DNA from: an uncultured Erysipelotrichaceae bacterium
GTDB lineage: Bacteria > Bacillota_I > Bacilli_A > RF39 > UBA660
NCBI GenBank assembly: GCA_948439995.1
Contig: CAOJNP010000003.1
Span: 1-63,881 of the forward strand
Reading direction: 5' to 3'
Length of the DNA: 63,881 nucleotides
In this document: piece after piece, positions 1 through 9,543 of the stretch
Position numbering within the stretch: position 1 is the stretch's first letter
How the letters are laid out: the number at the start of each line of letters is the position of its first letter
Notes under the pieces: generated by a model
What the model saw: the letters and a program-made list of their open reading frames with translations, nothing else
Databases searched by the model: none
Told to the model about the DNA's origin: nothing
Translations under genes and position numbers: made by a program

Positions 1-194
1 ATATTTTATTTTATCTTTTTCTTATTTTTATAAGATAGTAGGTTCGCGAAAACCAACATATGAATTCACACTACCATGTCCATGACCAAAGGCAAACACT
101 CCGGCACCGATACCATTTGAAAACAGACCACTACGATCGAACCAAGAATCAACTGGATAGACAAACCTTATTATTTTTTCAAACTCAATCCCAA
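1..194 (-). repeat. Hypervariable cassette, copy 1 (runs off the left edge of the window)
   Basis: 1-55 and 148-168 are identical to 343-397 and 490-510. 56-147 differs from 398-489 at 32 of 92 nt with no indel. The minus-strand frame of 46 codons stays open to a shared TAA but has no start codon or RBS. Confidence 0.85.
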
Positions 195-240
195 CATAAC
201 TTATTATGATTTTATAAAGTTTATTTTAATTTAGCAATCA

Positions 241-284
241 AAAAACATAGATTTTCAAAACAATTTACTTATCTATGTTTTTTA
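241..284. terminator. Bidirectional intrinsic terminator-like hairpin between the two cassettes
   Basis: aaaaacatagat / atctatgttttt 12-bp stem with an 18-nt loop, A-run on one side and T-run on the other. Confidence 0.5.
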
Positions 285-342
285 TTAATGTATTCTTTCC
301 GAAGAAATGGAATTGAATTTCTATCTTATTTGGAAATATAAA

Positions 343-531
343 ATATTTTATTTTATCTTTTTCTTATTTTTATAAGATAGTAGGTTCGCGAAAACCATAG
401 TAAAGATTATCATCACCAGACGAACGACCAATGGCAAACACTCCAGCACCAAGCCCACCAGAAAACATACTACCACGCAGAAACCAAGGATCAACTGGAT
501 AGACAAACCTTATTTTTTAATTCAATCCCAA
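343..531 (-). repeat. Hypervariable cassette, copy 2
   Basis: Offset of 342 nt from copy 1, with identical flanks and a variable core at 398-489. It begins two codons after the TGA stop of the 522..1781 gene. About 10 nt of that gene end (ttgggattga) is also present in front of copy 1 (185-194). Confidence 0.85.
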
Positions 532-1781
532 TCCATTAGATGGTTTAATGCTTTCATAATTGCTAATTTTCCATACTCGTATGTTAAAGAGCCTTGCTGA
601 TATGCAATAAATGGTTCTCTTAAAGGACCATCACAAGATAATTCAATTGAAGATCCTTGAATAAATGTTCCTGCAGCCATAATAACTTGATCATCATATC
701 CTGGCATGTCACAAGGTATTGGTAAAGAATTGGCATCAATTGGAGATGACATTTGAATTCCTTCACAATACTTAATTAAATTTTCCTTTTTATGAAAAAT
801 TATATTTTGTACTATGTCTGCTCGTTTTTCATTGTATCTTGGTTCTACGTCATATCCTAATTCTTCAAAAATGCAGCTTGTTAAAACGGCTGTTTTTAAT
901 GCGCTTTTTACTACACTTGGAGAAAAGAAAATTCCTTTTAAGAAATCTCGATTAATTCCTAAAGAAGGTCCTACTTCGATTCCCTCTCCAGGAAGAGTTA
1001 AACGTTCTGCACATAGTTCTATTAATTCTTTTTTTCCAACTATGTATGCCCCATTTGGAGCCATCCCACCACCTAAGTTTTTAATTAAAGAACCTACTAC
1101 AATGTCTGCACCAATTTCGATTGGTTCTTTTTTATTTACCATTTCACAATAACAATTATCTACCATAATAATAGTTTTGGGACTTACTTTTTTTATTTTT
1201 GAAATTATGTTTTCTACTTTTTCTATCGTTAAACTTTTTCTTGTTGAGTATCCCTTTGATCTTTGAATTTCAATTACTTTTACTTGATGTTTTTTTAAAT
1301 ATTCTATTATTTTTCTTTCATTAAAATCATTTTCTTTTAATTCAATTTCATCATATATTATTCCATATGATTTTAATGAGCTTTTGTTTTCTTTAATTCC
1401 AATGACCTCATGTAAAGTATCATATGGTGTTCCTGTAATCGATAAGAGTAAATCGTTTGGTCTTAAAAGAGCAAATAAAGCTGTTGATAAAGCATGTGAT
1501 CCAGATATAAATTGATTTCGAACTAATGCACTTTCTGCTTTAAAAATATCAGCAAATACTTTTTCTATCGCATCTCTTCCAATGTCACCGTAACCATATC
1601 CAGTCGTACTATTAAAATGTACTTCAGATATATGATTATTCCAAAATGATTCTAATACTTTTTTGCTATTGAATTCACAAATTTCATCTATTTCATCATA
1701 AATATCTTTTAATTTTAACTCACATTTATTTATCAATTTATTTATGTTTGGATTGGTTTTTATTTTGTTTTCTTGATTCAT
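522..1781 (-). CDS. YnbB / aluminium-resistance family PLP-dependent protein (Met gamma-lyase-like)
   Basis: 419 aa with the SLIKNLGGGMAPNGAYIVG lysine motif and overall layout typical of this family. ATGA overlap with the upstream gene. Confidence 0.8.
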   Translation of the reverse strand: MNQENKIKTNPNINKLINKCELKLKDIYDEIDEICEFNSKKVLESFWNNHISEVHFNSTTGYGYGDIGRDAIEKVFADIFKAESALVRNQFISGSHALSTALFALLRPNDLLLSITGTPYDTLHEVIGIKENKSSLKSYGIIYDEIELKENDFNERKIIEYLKKHQVKVIEIQRSKGYSTRKSLTIEKVENIISKIKKVSPKTIIMVDNCYCEMVNKKEPIEIGADIVVGSLIKNLGGGMAPNGAYIVGKKELIELCAERLTLPGEGIEVGPSLGINRDFLKGIFFSPSVVKSALKTAVLTSCIFEELGYDVEPRYNEKRADIVQNIIFHKKENLIKYCEGIQMSSPIDANSLPIPCDMPGYDDQVIMAAGTFIQGSSIELSCDGPLREPFIAYQQGSLTYEYGKLAIMKALNHLMDWD

Positions 1782-2953
1782 GCTTTAATTCCCCCATCAA
1801 CTCGAATAACTTCATTATTAATATAATTTGCTTCTTCACTTGATAAAAAATAGATTACATTTGCAATTTCTTTTGGCTCTGCAAAACGTTTTAAAAGTAT
1901 TTTTTCTGTTTCACTTTTTATATAATCAATTGTTAAATTTCGATTATTTTCGGTATTTGTCCATCCTGGAGCTATACAGTTAACTTTTACAAATGGTGCT
2001 AGATGAACTGCAAAATTATGTGTCAAAGAAATAATTCCTGCTTTAGAAGCGTCATAATCAATTGAATAAGGTTCATAAGTATTGATCGCATTGGTACTAG
2101 AAATATTTATTATTTTACCTTCTTTTTGTTCTTTCATTTTCTTTCCAAAATATTTAGACATTAAAAAGGTTCCTGTTAAATTATTTTCAATTACTTGATT
2201 AAAGTCAATTCCTGTTTTATCTTCTATCATATCATCTTTTGTAATTGCGGCATTGTTAACTAAGACATTTAACTTTTCATATTTTTCAAAAACAGTTTCA
2301 TACATTTTTTTTACTATTTCTTCTTTTGATATATCTCCTTGTAATAGTGTTACTTCTATTTTATATTCTTGTTCTAGTTCTTGTTTTAAAATTTCTGCTT
2401 CTTCTTTTCTTGTACGATAATTTAAAAGAATATGATAGCCATGACTCGCAAACACTTTTGCAGTAGTAGCTCCAATTCCACGACTGGCTCCTGTAATTAA
2501 AACAGTTTGTTTCAATATTTTTATATCATCTTTTTGTAAATATTCTGCATATATATCAGACCTTTTATTATCATCTAATATTGCTAAACTTATTATTTTC
2601 GTTTTATCTTCATTTTCAAAATCAGTAAAAATACAGTTTTTTTCGATTGGAGTACCAAATAATGTATTTAAATAAATTTGATTTCCATTGGTAATTTTAG
2701 AAAATTTCTCTCCAAGATATTCAAAACGATTAGAAGAAAAAGAAACAGAATTTGTATCGTTTATTTCATTTCCAAAATATATTATTTCTTCAAAAGGAAT
2801 GATTACTAAAATTTTATTTTTATCTAATTTAAATTTCCAATATATTTCATTTTTATTTTCAACTGTTGTGTACAATGATTGTGATATTACTTGATAATTA
2901 TTACCTTTTATTGTTAATAAACTATTTTTTTTAATATCATCCACTGTGATCAT
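1778..2953 (-). CDS. SDR-family oxidoreductase with an unrecognised ~150-aa N-terminal extension
   Basis: 391 aa. The C-terminal ~240 aa carry TGASRGIG, NNAAI and YDASK (Tyr-x3-Lys) motifs. I do not recognise the N-terminal part. Confidence 0.8.
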   Translation of the reverse strand: MITVDDIKKNSLLTIKGNNYQVISQSLYTTVENKNEIYWKFKLDKNKILVIIPFEEIIYFGNEINDTNSVSFSSNRFEYLGEKFSKITNGNQIYLNTLFGTPIEKNCIFTDFENEDKTKIISLAILDDNKRSDIYAEYLQKDDIKILKQTVLITGASRGIGATTAKVFASHGYHILLNYRTRKEEAEILKQELEQEYKIEVTLLQGDISKEEIVKKMYETVFEKYEKLNVLVNNAAITKDDMIEDKTGIDFNQVIENNLTGTFLMSKYFGKKMKEQKEGKIINISSTNAINTYEPYSIDYDASKAGIISLTHNFAVHLAPFVKVNCIAPGWTNTENNRNLTIDYIKSETEKILLKRFAEPKEIANVIYFLSSEEANYINNEVIRVDGGIKA

Positions 2954-3310
2954 TTATTGTTTTCCTTTCACTTGATATTCTTTTTCTTTATATCCTATAA
3001 TTACGCTTTCATCTGTAACTAAGATTGGTCTTTTTACTAACATTCCATTTGTTGCAAGTAAGTCTAATTGTTCTTCTATAGACATATTTGGTAATTTTTC
3101 TTTTAAATTTAATTCTTTGTAAACAAGTCCACTTGTATTAAAGAATTTTTTTAATTCTACTCCACTTTTTTGCCACCATTTTTTTAATTCTTCTTTAGTG
3201 GGATTTTCTTCTTTGATATTTCTTAAAGTAACTGGAATTTCAAATTTTTGTAAATTTTCCAACGCTTTTTTACACGTACTACATTTTGGATACCATAAAA
3301 ATAAATTCAT
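2954..3310 (-). CDS. ArsC/Spx-superfamily (arsenate reductase family) protein
   Basis: 118 aa with N-terminal YPKCSTCKKA CxxC and C-terminal LVKRPIL, typical of the ArsC_YffB-like group. The stop abuts the next start (TAAATG). Confidence 0.7.
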   Translation of the reverse strand: MNLFLWYPKCSTCKKALENLQKFEIPVTLRNIKEENPTKEELKKWWQKSGVELKKFFNTSGLVYKELNLKEKLPNMSIEEQLDLLATNGMLVKRPILVTDESVIIGYKEKEYQVKGKQ

Positions 3311-3388
3311 TTTCTACCTCCTTTTTTTATTATAACATCTTCTTATGTTTTTTGAATCTATTACATATATTTTATTAGGTGATTTTAT

Positions 3389-4081
3389 TTGAAAAAACCT
3401 GTAATTGGATTAATTGGAAGATTAGAGAAAAAAGATTTTGATTCTATTTTTATTCACGATGAATATCGTATTGCCATATTAAATTCTGGAGGCATCCCTG
3501 TTTTGTTATTACCACCATATTTTGAGGAATTAAAAGAAAAACAACCATTTCAAAACGATTTAACTTTTCAACATAAAATTATATTAAAGCCTCTTTTAGA
3601 CTATTGTGATGGTTTTTTATTTACTGGGGGAAGTGAATGGTTTGGTTTTGACGAATATATTTTTCAATATGCTTATAAACAGGATAAACCAGTGCTAGGA
3701 ATTTGTCTTGGCATGCAATTAATGGCAAATGCTCCTTATTTTAAGGATTTTTGTTCTGATAAAACAGAAAAAATTTTTTCTGGTCTTATTCATCAATCTA
3801 CTCAAGATTATGTTCACAAAATTACTATATTGGATAGCAAACTAAAACGGATTCTTGATTCCGAATCTATTGTAGTTAATAGCAGGCATTCTTCTTGTGT
3901 TTTACCAAATGATTTTTTTCAAGTTAGTGCTGTTAGTAAAGATGGAGTAATTGAAAGTATTGAGATACCGAGTAAGCATTTTATGGTCGGAGTTCAATGG
4001 CATCCTGAATCTCTTTTTTCAAAAGATATTCATTCTAAAAAGATATTTCAGGCTTTTATTGAAGCATGCAAAGAAAAATAA
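3389..4081 (+). CDS. Class I glutamine amidotransferase, peptidase C26 (gamma-glutamyl-GABA hydrolase family)
   Basis: 230 aa with the GICLGMQLM nucleophile elbow and a VGVQWHPE motif. TTG start with aggtga RBS. Confidence 0.8.
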   Translation: MKKPVIGLIGRLEKKDFDSIFIHDEYRIAILNSGGIPVLLLPPYFEELKEKQPFQNDLTFQHKIILKPLLDYCDGFLFTGGSEWFGFDEYIFQYAYKQDKPVLGICLGMQLMANAPYFKDFCSDKTEKIFSGLIHQSTQDYVHKITILDSKLKRILDSESIVVNSRHSSCVLPNDFFQVSAVSKDGVIESIEIPSKHFMVGVQWHPESLFSKDIHSKKIFQAFIEACKEK

Positions 4082-4085
4082 TTTT

Positions 4086-7000
4086 TTATCTTACAGTTTC
4101 TTTTATTGAAATAAAATTCTCTGATAAAATGGAATAAAGATAGGTTCTTACTTTCTTGGTTGTTTTCTTTTGGATAAATTCTCGATATCCTTGTAATTGT
4201 TTTTGATAAGCTTCATCCATTACATGATTTAATTTATAATCAATGATTATGATTTCATTTTCTTGTTCAATTAGTAAATCAATGATCCCATGATATTCCT
4301 TTTCTTCCTTTGTATTTATAAATTCATATTCTTTATAAAATGTTCCATTTAAATTGTTTTGTATCAGCTCTGATTCAATAAAGTGCTTTACTTTTTTTCT
4401 AAGAAAGGCATTGGAAATCAAAGTATATTTGGGATTTTTAAAATCTATGCATTCTAAGTATTCATGTACTTTTATTCCGAGTTCTATGTTATCACATTCT
4501 TCTTTGGAATAAAGTTTTAACTGTTCTTTGGAAAATCGTTTTGTTATTTTCTTTTTTTCGGATAGTTGAATTTCTTCTACGATTATTTTATTACTTGGTA
4601 ACATTTCTTTTTCTTCTTTTTTATTTTGATATAAATATTCTTTTGTTAGATGAATTTCATCTAAGTTTATATGTTGTTGATATTCTTTTAATAAGTTCCA
4701 TATATGGTAGAAAAAATCTGCAAATGATTTTGAATTGAATAAGTTTTTAGTTTGTAATTTTTCCTGTTTCGGAATAACAAAAATCATTTTTTCTTTCGCT
4801 CTTGTTAAAGCTACATAAAATAGTCGTATTTTTTCTGAAATTTCTTCTCGATTAAAATTATCTTTTATTAATTCTTTTAAGAATGGATAATATAACCCTT
4901 CTTTTTTTAGAGGAAGAAAAAAGCCATATTTTTTATCATATAGAAAACGGTTTTTGATATCTTGTATGTTAAATGCTTTATATAGTCCTGCAAAATAGCA
5001 AATAGGAAATTCTAAACCTTTTGATTTATGAATCGTCATTAATGTCACACTGTTTTCAACTTCTTCATTGATTTCATATCGAATTGGTAATTTTTCTTTT
5101 AAAATTTGATTTAAAAATGTTATAAATTCTTCTAAGTTATGACCTTTTTCTCCATATTGATCTGCTAATTTTTCAATGTGAGTTAAGATTGTCATATTTT
5201 CTTTAATGTTTCCAATCGAAATGATTTTTTCATAAATATGAACTTTTTGATATAGTTCTCTAATTATTTCTCTTAAGTTTTTTGTAGCTAATGCATTTAC
5301 TAAATCTTTTAGTTGTTCATATATCGTATTTTGATACCAATTTTTTTCTTTTACAAAATGATATATCATTTCATCACTATATTGAAAAAGAAAACTTCTT
5401 GCTACTGAGGTAAAATAAAAGGAAAAATCTTGTCTAAAGTTTTTTTTGTAGTAAGAGTACAATAAAAATAAAGTATTTTTTATCACATAAAAACAGGTAG
5501 AATCATTTAATGTTTCTTCTTTTTGAATATTGATTGGAATGTTTAAATAATGAAATATTTTTTTATACAGTATAAAACTACTACTTCTATCTAATAGTAT
5601 TACAAAATCTTTATAATTCGCTGGATGAATTTCTTTTGTATCTTTATCAAATAATAAAAATCCTTCTTTTACTTTTCTTTTAATATCATTTCCAATGAAA
5701 AAAATTTCTATTTCTTCTTTCGTATATCCTAATTCATTTTTTTCGGGATAAACATGCATTTCCATATTATAGTTTTCTTTGGTTTGTCCTTCTTTTTGAT
5801 ATGCCAAGTTTCCAAAAGTCATTTGATGATCATTAATGTAGTCTGCTCCTCCTATTGAATCTGTCATAATTTGATTAAAAATAAGATTAATATTTTTTAT
5901 GACTTCTTCTCTTGAACGAAAATTTTTATTTAAGTCAATCTTTTCTCCATTTAAGTGATTTCGATAACTATCATATTTATTTTTAAATAAGTATGGATTT
6001 GCATTTCGAAAACGATAGATACTTTGTTTAATATCTCCAACTAGATACAGATTATGGTTTGAAATAAAATGAATTAATTCTTCTTGAATGTCATTGGTAT
6101 CTTGATATTCATCAATCATTATTTCATGAAAAGTTTCTTTTAATTCATGTAATACAATTGGATATTCTTGAATTAATTTTAATGCATAAAAAGCAATATC
6201 GTTAAATTCATAATATTCTTGTTTTATTTTTTGTTTTTCTAATTCGATAAAATATTGTTTTAAAATTGTACAAATTACTTGAATAATAGGATTCATTTGT
6301 TGTAAATCTTGTTTTAATTTTTCTTTTGTTCCATATTCTAATAATGCAATCCATTTTTTAAAAAAATCATTTACTTCTTCTTTTTTGATTTTAATTTCTT
6401 CTTCTAAGTTTTTTGGTAGTGAAGGCATTTTAGATGACTTGTAGCTTATAAATTCATCTATTGTTTTTGCATTTAGAATTCCTTTTAAGGATTGATAACA
6501 TTTGTCAATGTATTCTTTTGGTGCAATTTTAGAGAGTTCTTCTAATTGTTCTTTGAAACTACGTTGCTTTTCTAATAGTAATGCTAAATATTCTTCTAAT
6601 ATTTTTTCAATTTCTTTGTTATGAAGAAATTCCTTTGTAGATTTCATAAGTTTTTCTTTGATTGTAAAATCGTTTTCTATTTTTTTTACAATATTTAACA
6701 CATCTTCGTAAAGATCAAAATCACTTTTGACACAATATTCTTCGATTAAGCTAATAAAAGTGTTCTCCTTTTTTTCATAAAATGAATCAAAAACAGATCT
6801 TAAAGTTTCTTTTTTTAAAGATTCTATCATTGCTTCTTCAGTAATTTTCGGGTTTTTTGGCAAGTTAATTAAATAATGATATTTTTTGACAATAGATAGA
6901 CAAAAAGAGTCAAATGTTGTGATGTAAGAAATGTCAAGTAAGGCTAATTCATCTTTGAATTCTTTTTGTTCTTCTATTTTTAGGCGTATCCTATTTTTCA

Positions 7001-7187
7001 TTTCCTCTGCAGCTTTTTTTGTAAATGTTAGGATTAAAAGTTCATTGATATGAATTCCACTATTTAGTTTATTCATTACTCTTTGTGATAATACTGCTGT
7101 TTTTCCAGAGCCAGCACCAGCACTAATAATTAAATTGGTTCCACTTTGAGTAATTGCTTTTCTTTGTTCGCTAGTCCATGTTGGCAT
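4086..7187 (-). CDS. addA: ATP-dependent helicase/nuclease AddA (UvrD-like)
   Basis: 1033 aa with GAGSGKT Walker A, IDEYQDT Walker B and a C-terminal PD-(D/E)xK motif (IIIDYKLN). Confidence 0.85.
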   Translation of the reverse strand: MPTWTSEQRKAITQSGTNLIISAGAGSGKTAVLSQRVMNKLNSGIHINELLILTFTKKAAEEMKNRIRLKIEEQKEFKDELALLDISYITTFDSFCLSIVKKYHYLINLPKNPKITEEAMIESLKKETLRSVFDSFYEKKENTFISLIEEYCVKSDFDLYEDVLNIVKKIENDFTIKEKLMKSTKEFLHNKEIEKILEEYLALLLEKQRSFKEQLEELSKIAPKEYIDKCYQSLKGILNAKTIDEFISYKSSKMPSLPKNLEEEIKIKKEEVNDFFKKWIALLEYGTKEKLKQDLQQMNPIIQVICTILKQYFIELEKQKIKQEYYEFNDIAFYALKLIQEYPIVLHELKETFHEIMIDEYQDTNDIQEELIHFISNHNLYLVGDIKQSIYRFRNANPYLFKNKYDSYRNHLNGEKIDLNKNFRSREEVIKNINLIFNQIMTDSIGGADYINDHQMTFGNLAYQKEGQTKENYNMEMHVYPEKNELGYTKEEIEIFFIGNDIKRKVKEGFLLFDKDTKEIHPANYKDFVILLDRSSSFILYKKIFHYLNIPINIQKEETLNDSTCFYVIKNTLFLLYSYYKKNFRQDFSFYFTSVARSFLFQYSDEMIYHFVKEKNWYQNTIYEQLKDLVNALATKNLREIIRELYQKVHIYEKIISIGNIKENMTILTHIEKLADQYGEKGHNLEEFITFLNQILKEKLPIRYEINEEVENSVTLMTIHKSKGLEFPICYFAGLYKAFNIQDIKNRFLYDKKYGFFLPLKKEGLYYPFLKELIKDNFNREEISEKIRLFYVALTRAKEKMIFVIPKQEKLQTKNLFNSKSFADFFYHIWNLLKEYQQHINLDEIHLTKEYLYQNKKEEKEMLPSNKIIVEEIQLSEKKKITKRFSKEQLKLYSKEECDNIELGIKVHEYLECIDFKNPKYTLISNAFLRKKVKHFIESELIQNNLNGTFYKEYEFINTKEEKEYHGIIDLLIEQENEIIIIDYKLNHVMDEAYQKQLQGYREFIQKKTTKKVRTYLYSILSENFISIKETVR

Positions 7188-7199
7188 AAATGTTTCCTC

Positions 7200-9506
7200 C
7201 TAACATTCTTTTTGCTTCACTTCTTTTACATTTTTTATATCTTCTTCTTTTCGATAGCATATCTCCTGATATTGACAATGCTCACAACCAATTAAACTTT
7301 GATTAATTTTAATTGGTTGTATGGGAAAGTTTTTGGCTTTTATTTCTTTTATTGCTTCTTTTAGTTTATCTTTGGCTATTTCTTCTATTCTCTTAAATTC
7401 TTGATCATTTAATATTTTGGAATAGGCATAAAAACCTTTTGTTCCCATTTTTAAATTTTGTATTAACTTACTATTTTCATAAGTTGGATCAAAAATTTTT
7501 AAAATATTTTCTTCATTGGTACTATATCCTTGTAACATTAATTTTTTTTCTTTTAATTCTTCTTCGGTATGGATTCGATCACAAATGGGAATACTAGGAA
7601 TTATTTTTTGAAAGTATAGTCCAATGATATTGATTTTTTCGTAAGGTAATTGGCTAACTAATAATAAATAGAAAGGCAACTGTAAGTTAAGTCCATGGGT
7701 TAAGTGATCAAAGCTAACTTCTGAATTGCCAGTTTTATAATCAATTACGCTAATTAGTGTTTGATCTTTTTCTTTTTTGAAGTATATTTTATCTACAATG
7801 CCACTAAAAATCATATCGTCTATTGTTAATGTAATTTTTTCTTCTGTTAATATGTTAAAATTTTTTTCTTTCTCTTGCATTTTTAAAACTTTTAAAACTC
7901 GTTTTAAATCTTTTTTTCTTTTGTTTAAAAAGAAGATTTCTTTTGGTGAGGTTATTTGTAATTTTTGAGCATGAAGTTGAAAACTATTTTCGAATTCAAA
8001 GTTTTTTTCATAGCTTTCTTTTAAAATTTCATGGCAAAGATTACCTATTTTTAAATCAAAATCATTTTCTTCTTTTTTAATATTTAAATGATATGATAAG
8101 TAATAACGAAATGGACAATGATAAAATGTGTCTACGGCAGAATAGGATATTTTTTTTACCGAATCAAATTGAAACGTTTTCCATTTATTTTCATAATTTA
8201 AATAAGAAAAATTTTGGTAAGAAGATTTTAATAAATCATAAAAGGAATCTTTTATTCCATATTTATGAAATGAATCCATTTTGGATGCTAACATTAATTG
8301 ATTATAAAGATGAGAATGATTCCATTTTTCAATCTTTTCTTTTTTCGTAGGAATGTCTTTTAAAATACTAGATATTTGATTTATGATATTTCCCTCTTTT
8401 TTTGGAATAGAGAGAAAAATTTTTGAATATGTTTTTAATTTTGTTTGATAGCATAGTTTTTCTAATTCATTTTGTTCTGTCGTTGTTTCAAAATTTAAGA
8501 TGGATAATTCATAGTCTTTTAGATATTGTTCTTCTTTTTTTATAGTAGGAAAGTTTCCTTCTTTTACTCCCATGACAAAGAGAATAGAATCTTCTTCTAT
8601 TTCTTCTTCTAAAAAGGAAATTTCTTTGATGCTATTTTCATCTGTGATGATTTTTTTCTTTCCTTTTTTTAGTTCTTCTATTATCCAGTTTTTTTTCTTT
8701 TTCTTATCTTTTATAAAGGCGTAACGATTACAGATTTGAATTAAATGTTCAATAATTTCTAATTCTTCTAAACTATGATACGTTTTTTTTAATTCTGCTA
8801 TTGTTTCTTCGATTCTTTTCTTAGATTTTAAAAAAGTATGGATAATAAGATTGGATAAAACATTTTCCTGTTCTTTTAATTCGAATGACAGATGAAAAAT
8901 ATTACTATATTCTTTCAAAAGAGCACGATATTCTTCATTTAAATTGGTTATATAAATTTTTCTTGTAGGAATTCCTTTTTTTATGAAATCACATATTTTG
9001 TAAATTACTCCAATTACTTCTTGTAATGGATCTTCATATTCTGTCAATTCTATTTGTTGATTTTGTTTGGAATCTTCATTTATGATTTCGACTTTGGTTA
9101 TTTTTTTTAACTCTTCTATGACTTGATGAAAAAACAAATCTTGTTTGGCTATATGATAGAACACAATTTTTGTTGTTTTTATTTGTTCTTTCCATAGCTG
9201 ATTTTCAAATAATAAATTCTGTCTTTTTAAGTCTTGATATAATTTTTTTAAAAATTCTATTTTTTCATTTTCTTCTTCGATTTCTTTTATTAAATACAGA
9301 TTGTTTAAGTAGATTTCGGCAATTTCAGAAGTTACTTGATAGTTCTCAGCAATATAATAAATTGTTTTTTCGTCATAATCAAAATAGAATTTTTTTAAGA
9401 ATTCTTGATATCCCAGTACTTTACATTTCAGCAAAGTATTTTCTTTACACATTTCTTTGATCATTCTTTTTTTGTTTTCATCTGATACAATTTTTATATA
9501 CTTCAT
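7200..9506 (-). CDS. addB: AddB-like PD-(D/E)xK nuclease subunit with Fe-S cysteine staple
   Basis: Has YHCPFRYYL plus a C-terminal CEHCQYQEIC cysteine cluster and VIDYKTG, and lies immediately upstream of addA. It is shorter than canonical AddB. The likely start is the MKYIKIV Met (ATG at 9506), preceded by a ggagg RBS. Confidence 0.7.
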   Translation of the reverse strand: MKYIKIVSDENKKRMIKEMCKENTLLKCKVLGYQEFLKKFYFDYDEKTIYYIAENYQVTSEIAEIYLNNLYLIKEIEEENEKIEFLKKLYQDLKRQNLLFENQLWKEQIKTTKIVFYHIAKQDLFFHQVIEELKKITKVEIINEDSKQNQQIELTEYEDPLQEVIGVIYKICDFIKKGIPTRKIYITNLNEEYRALLKEYSNIFHLSFELKEQENVLSNLIIHTFLKSKKRIEETIAELKKTYHSLEELEIIEHLIQICNRYAFIKDKKKKKNWIIEELKKGKKKIITDENSIKEISFLEEEIEEDSILFVMGVKEGNFPTIKKEEQYLKDYELSILNFETTTEQNELEKLCYQTKLKTYSKIFLSIPKKEGNIINQISSILKDIPTKKEKIEKWNHSHLYNQLMLASKMDSFHKYGIKDSFYDLLKSSYQNFSYLNYENKWKTFQFDSVKKISYSAVDTFYHCPFRYYLSYHLNIKKEENDFDLKIGNLCHEILKESYEKNFEFENSFQLHAQKLQITSPKEIFFLNKRKKDLKRVLKVLKMQEKEKNFNILTEEKITLTIDDMIFSGIVDKIYFKKEKDQTLISVIDYKTGNSEVSFDHLTHGLNLQLPFYLLLVSQLPYEKINIIGLYFQKIIPSIPICDRIHTEEELKEKKLMLQGYSTNEENILKIFDPTYENSKLIQNLKMGTKGFYAYSKILNDQEFKRIEEIAKDKLKEAIKEIKAKNFPIQPIKINQSLIGCEHCQYQEICYRKEEDIKNVKEVKQKEC

Positions 9507-9543
9507 GAAAGCCTCCATGAATATTGTATATCAAATTCTTTTT

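Noticed and set aside
1-531. CRISPR array at the left edge.
   Set aside because: The repeated unit is ~190 nt with a 342-nt period and an internal variable core, not 25-40-nt repeats with unique spacers. No cas genes are in the window.
814-1152. Antisense ORFs inside larger genes. Examples: 814..1152, 2688..2894, 4541..4738, 7777..7968, 8093..8350, 9170..9460, 10707..10907, 11153..11401, 14805..15059, 17127..17420, 21105..21935, 25470..25793, 27184..27372, 29432..29867, 30024..30209, 31708..31973, 37630..37947, 38133..38372, 41403..41624, 42314..42499, 45941..46132, 48612..49674, 50383..50679, 54228..54932, 56051..56311, 57201..57395, 58863..59255, 61270..61593, 62822..63205.
   Set aside because: Each lies fully within, and opposite or out of frame to, a longer ORF that has recognisable family motifs. 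Their products are low-complexity Leu/Phe/Ile/Ser-rich strings, which is what shadow frames of AT-rich coding DNA look like. None has a convincing RBS.
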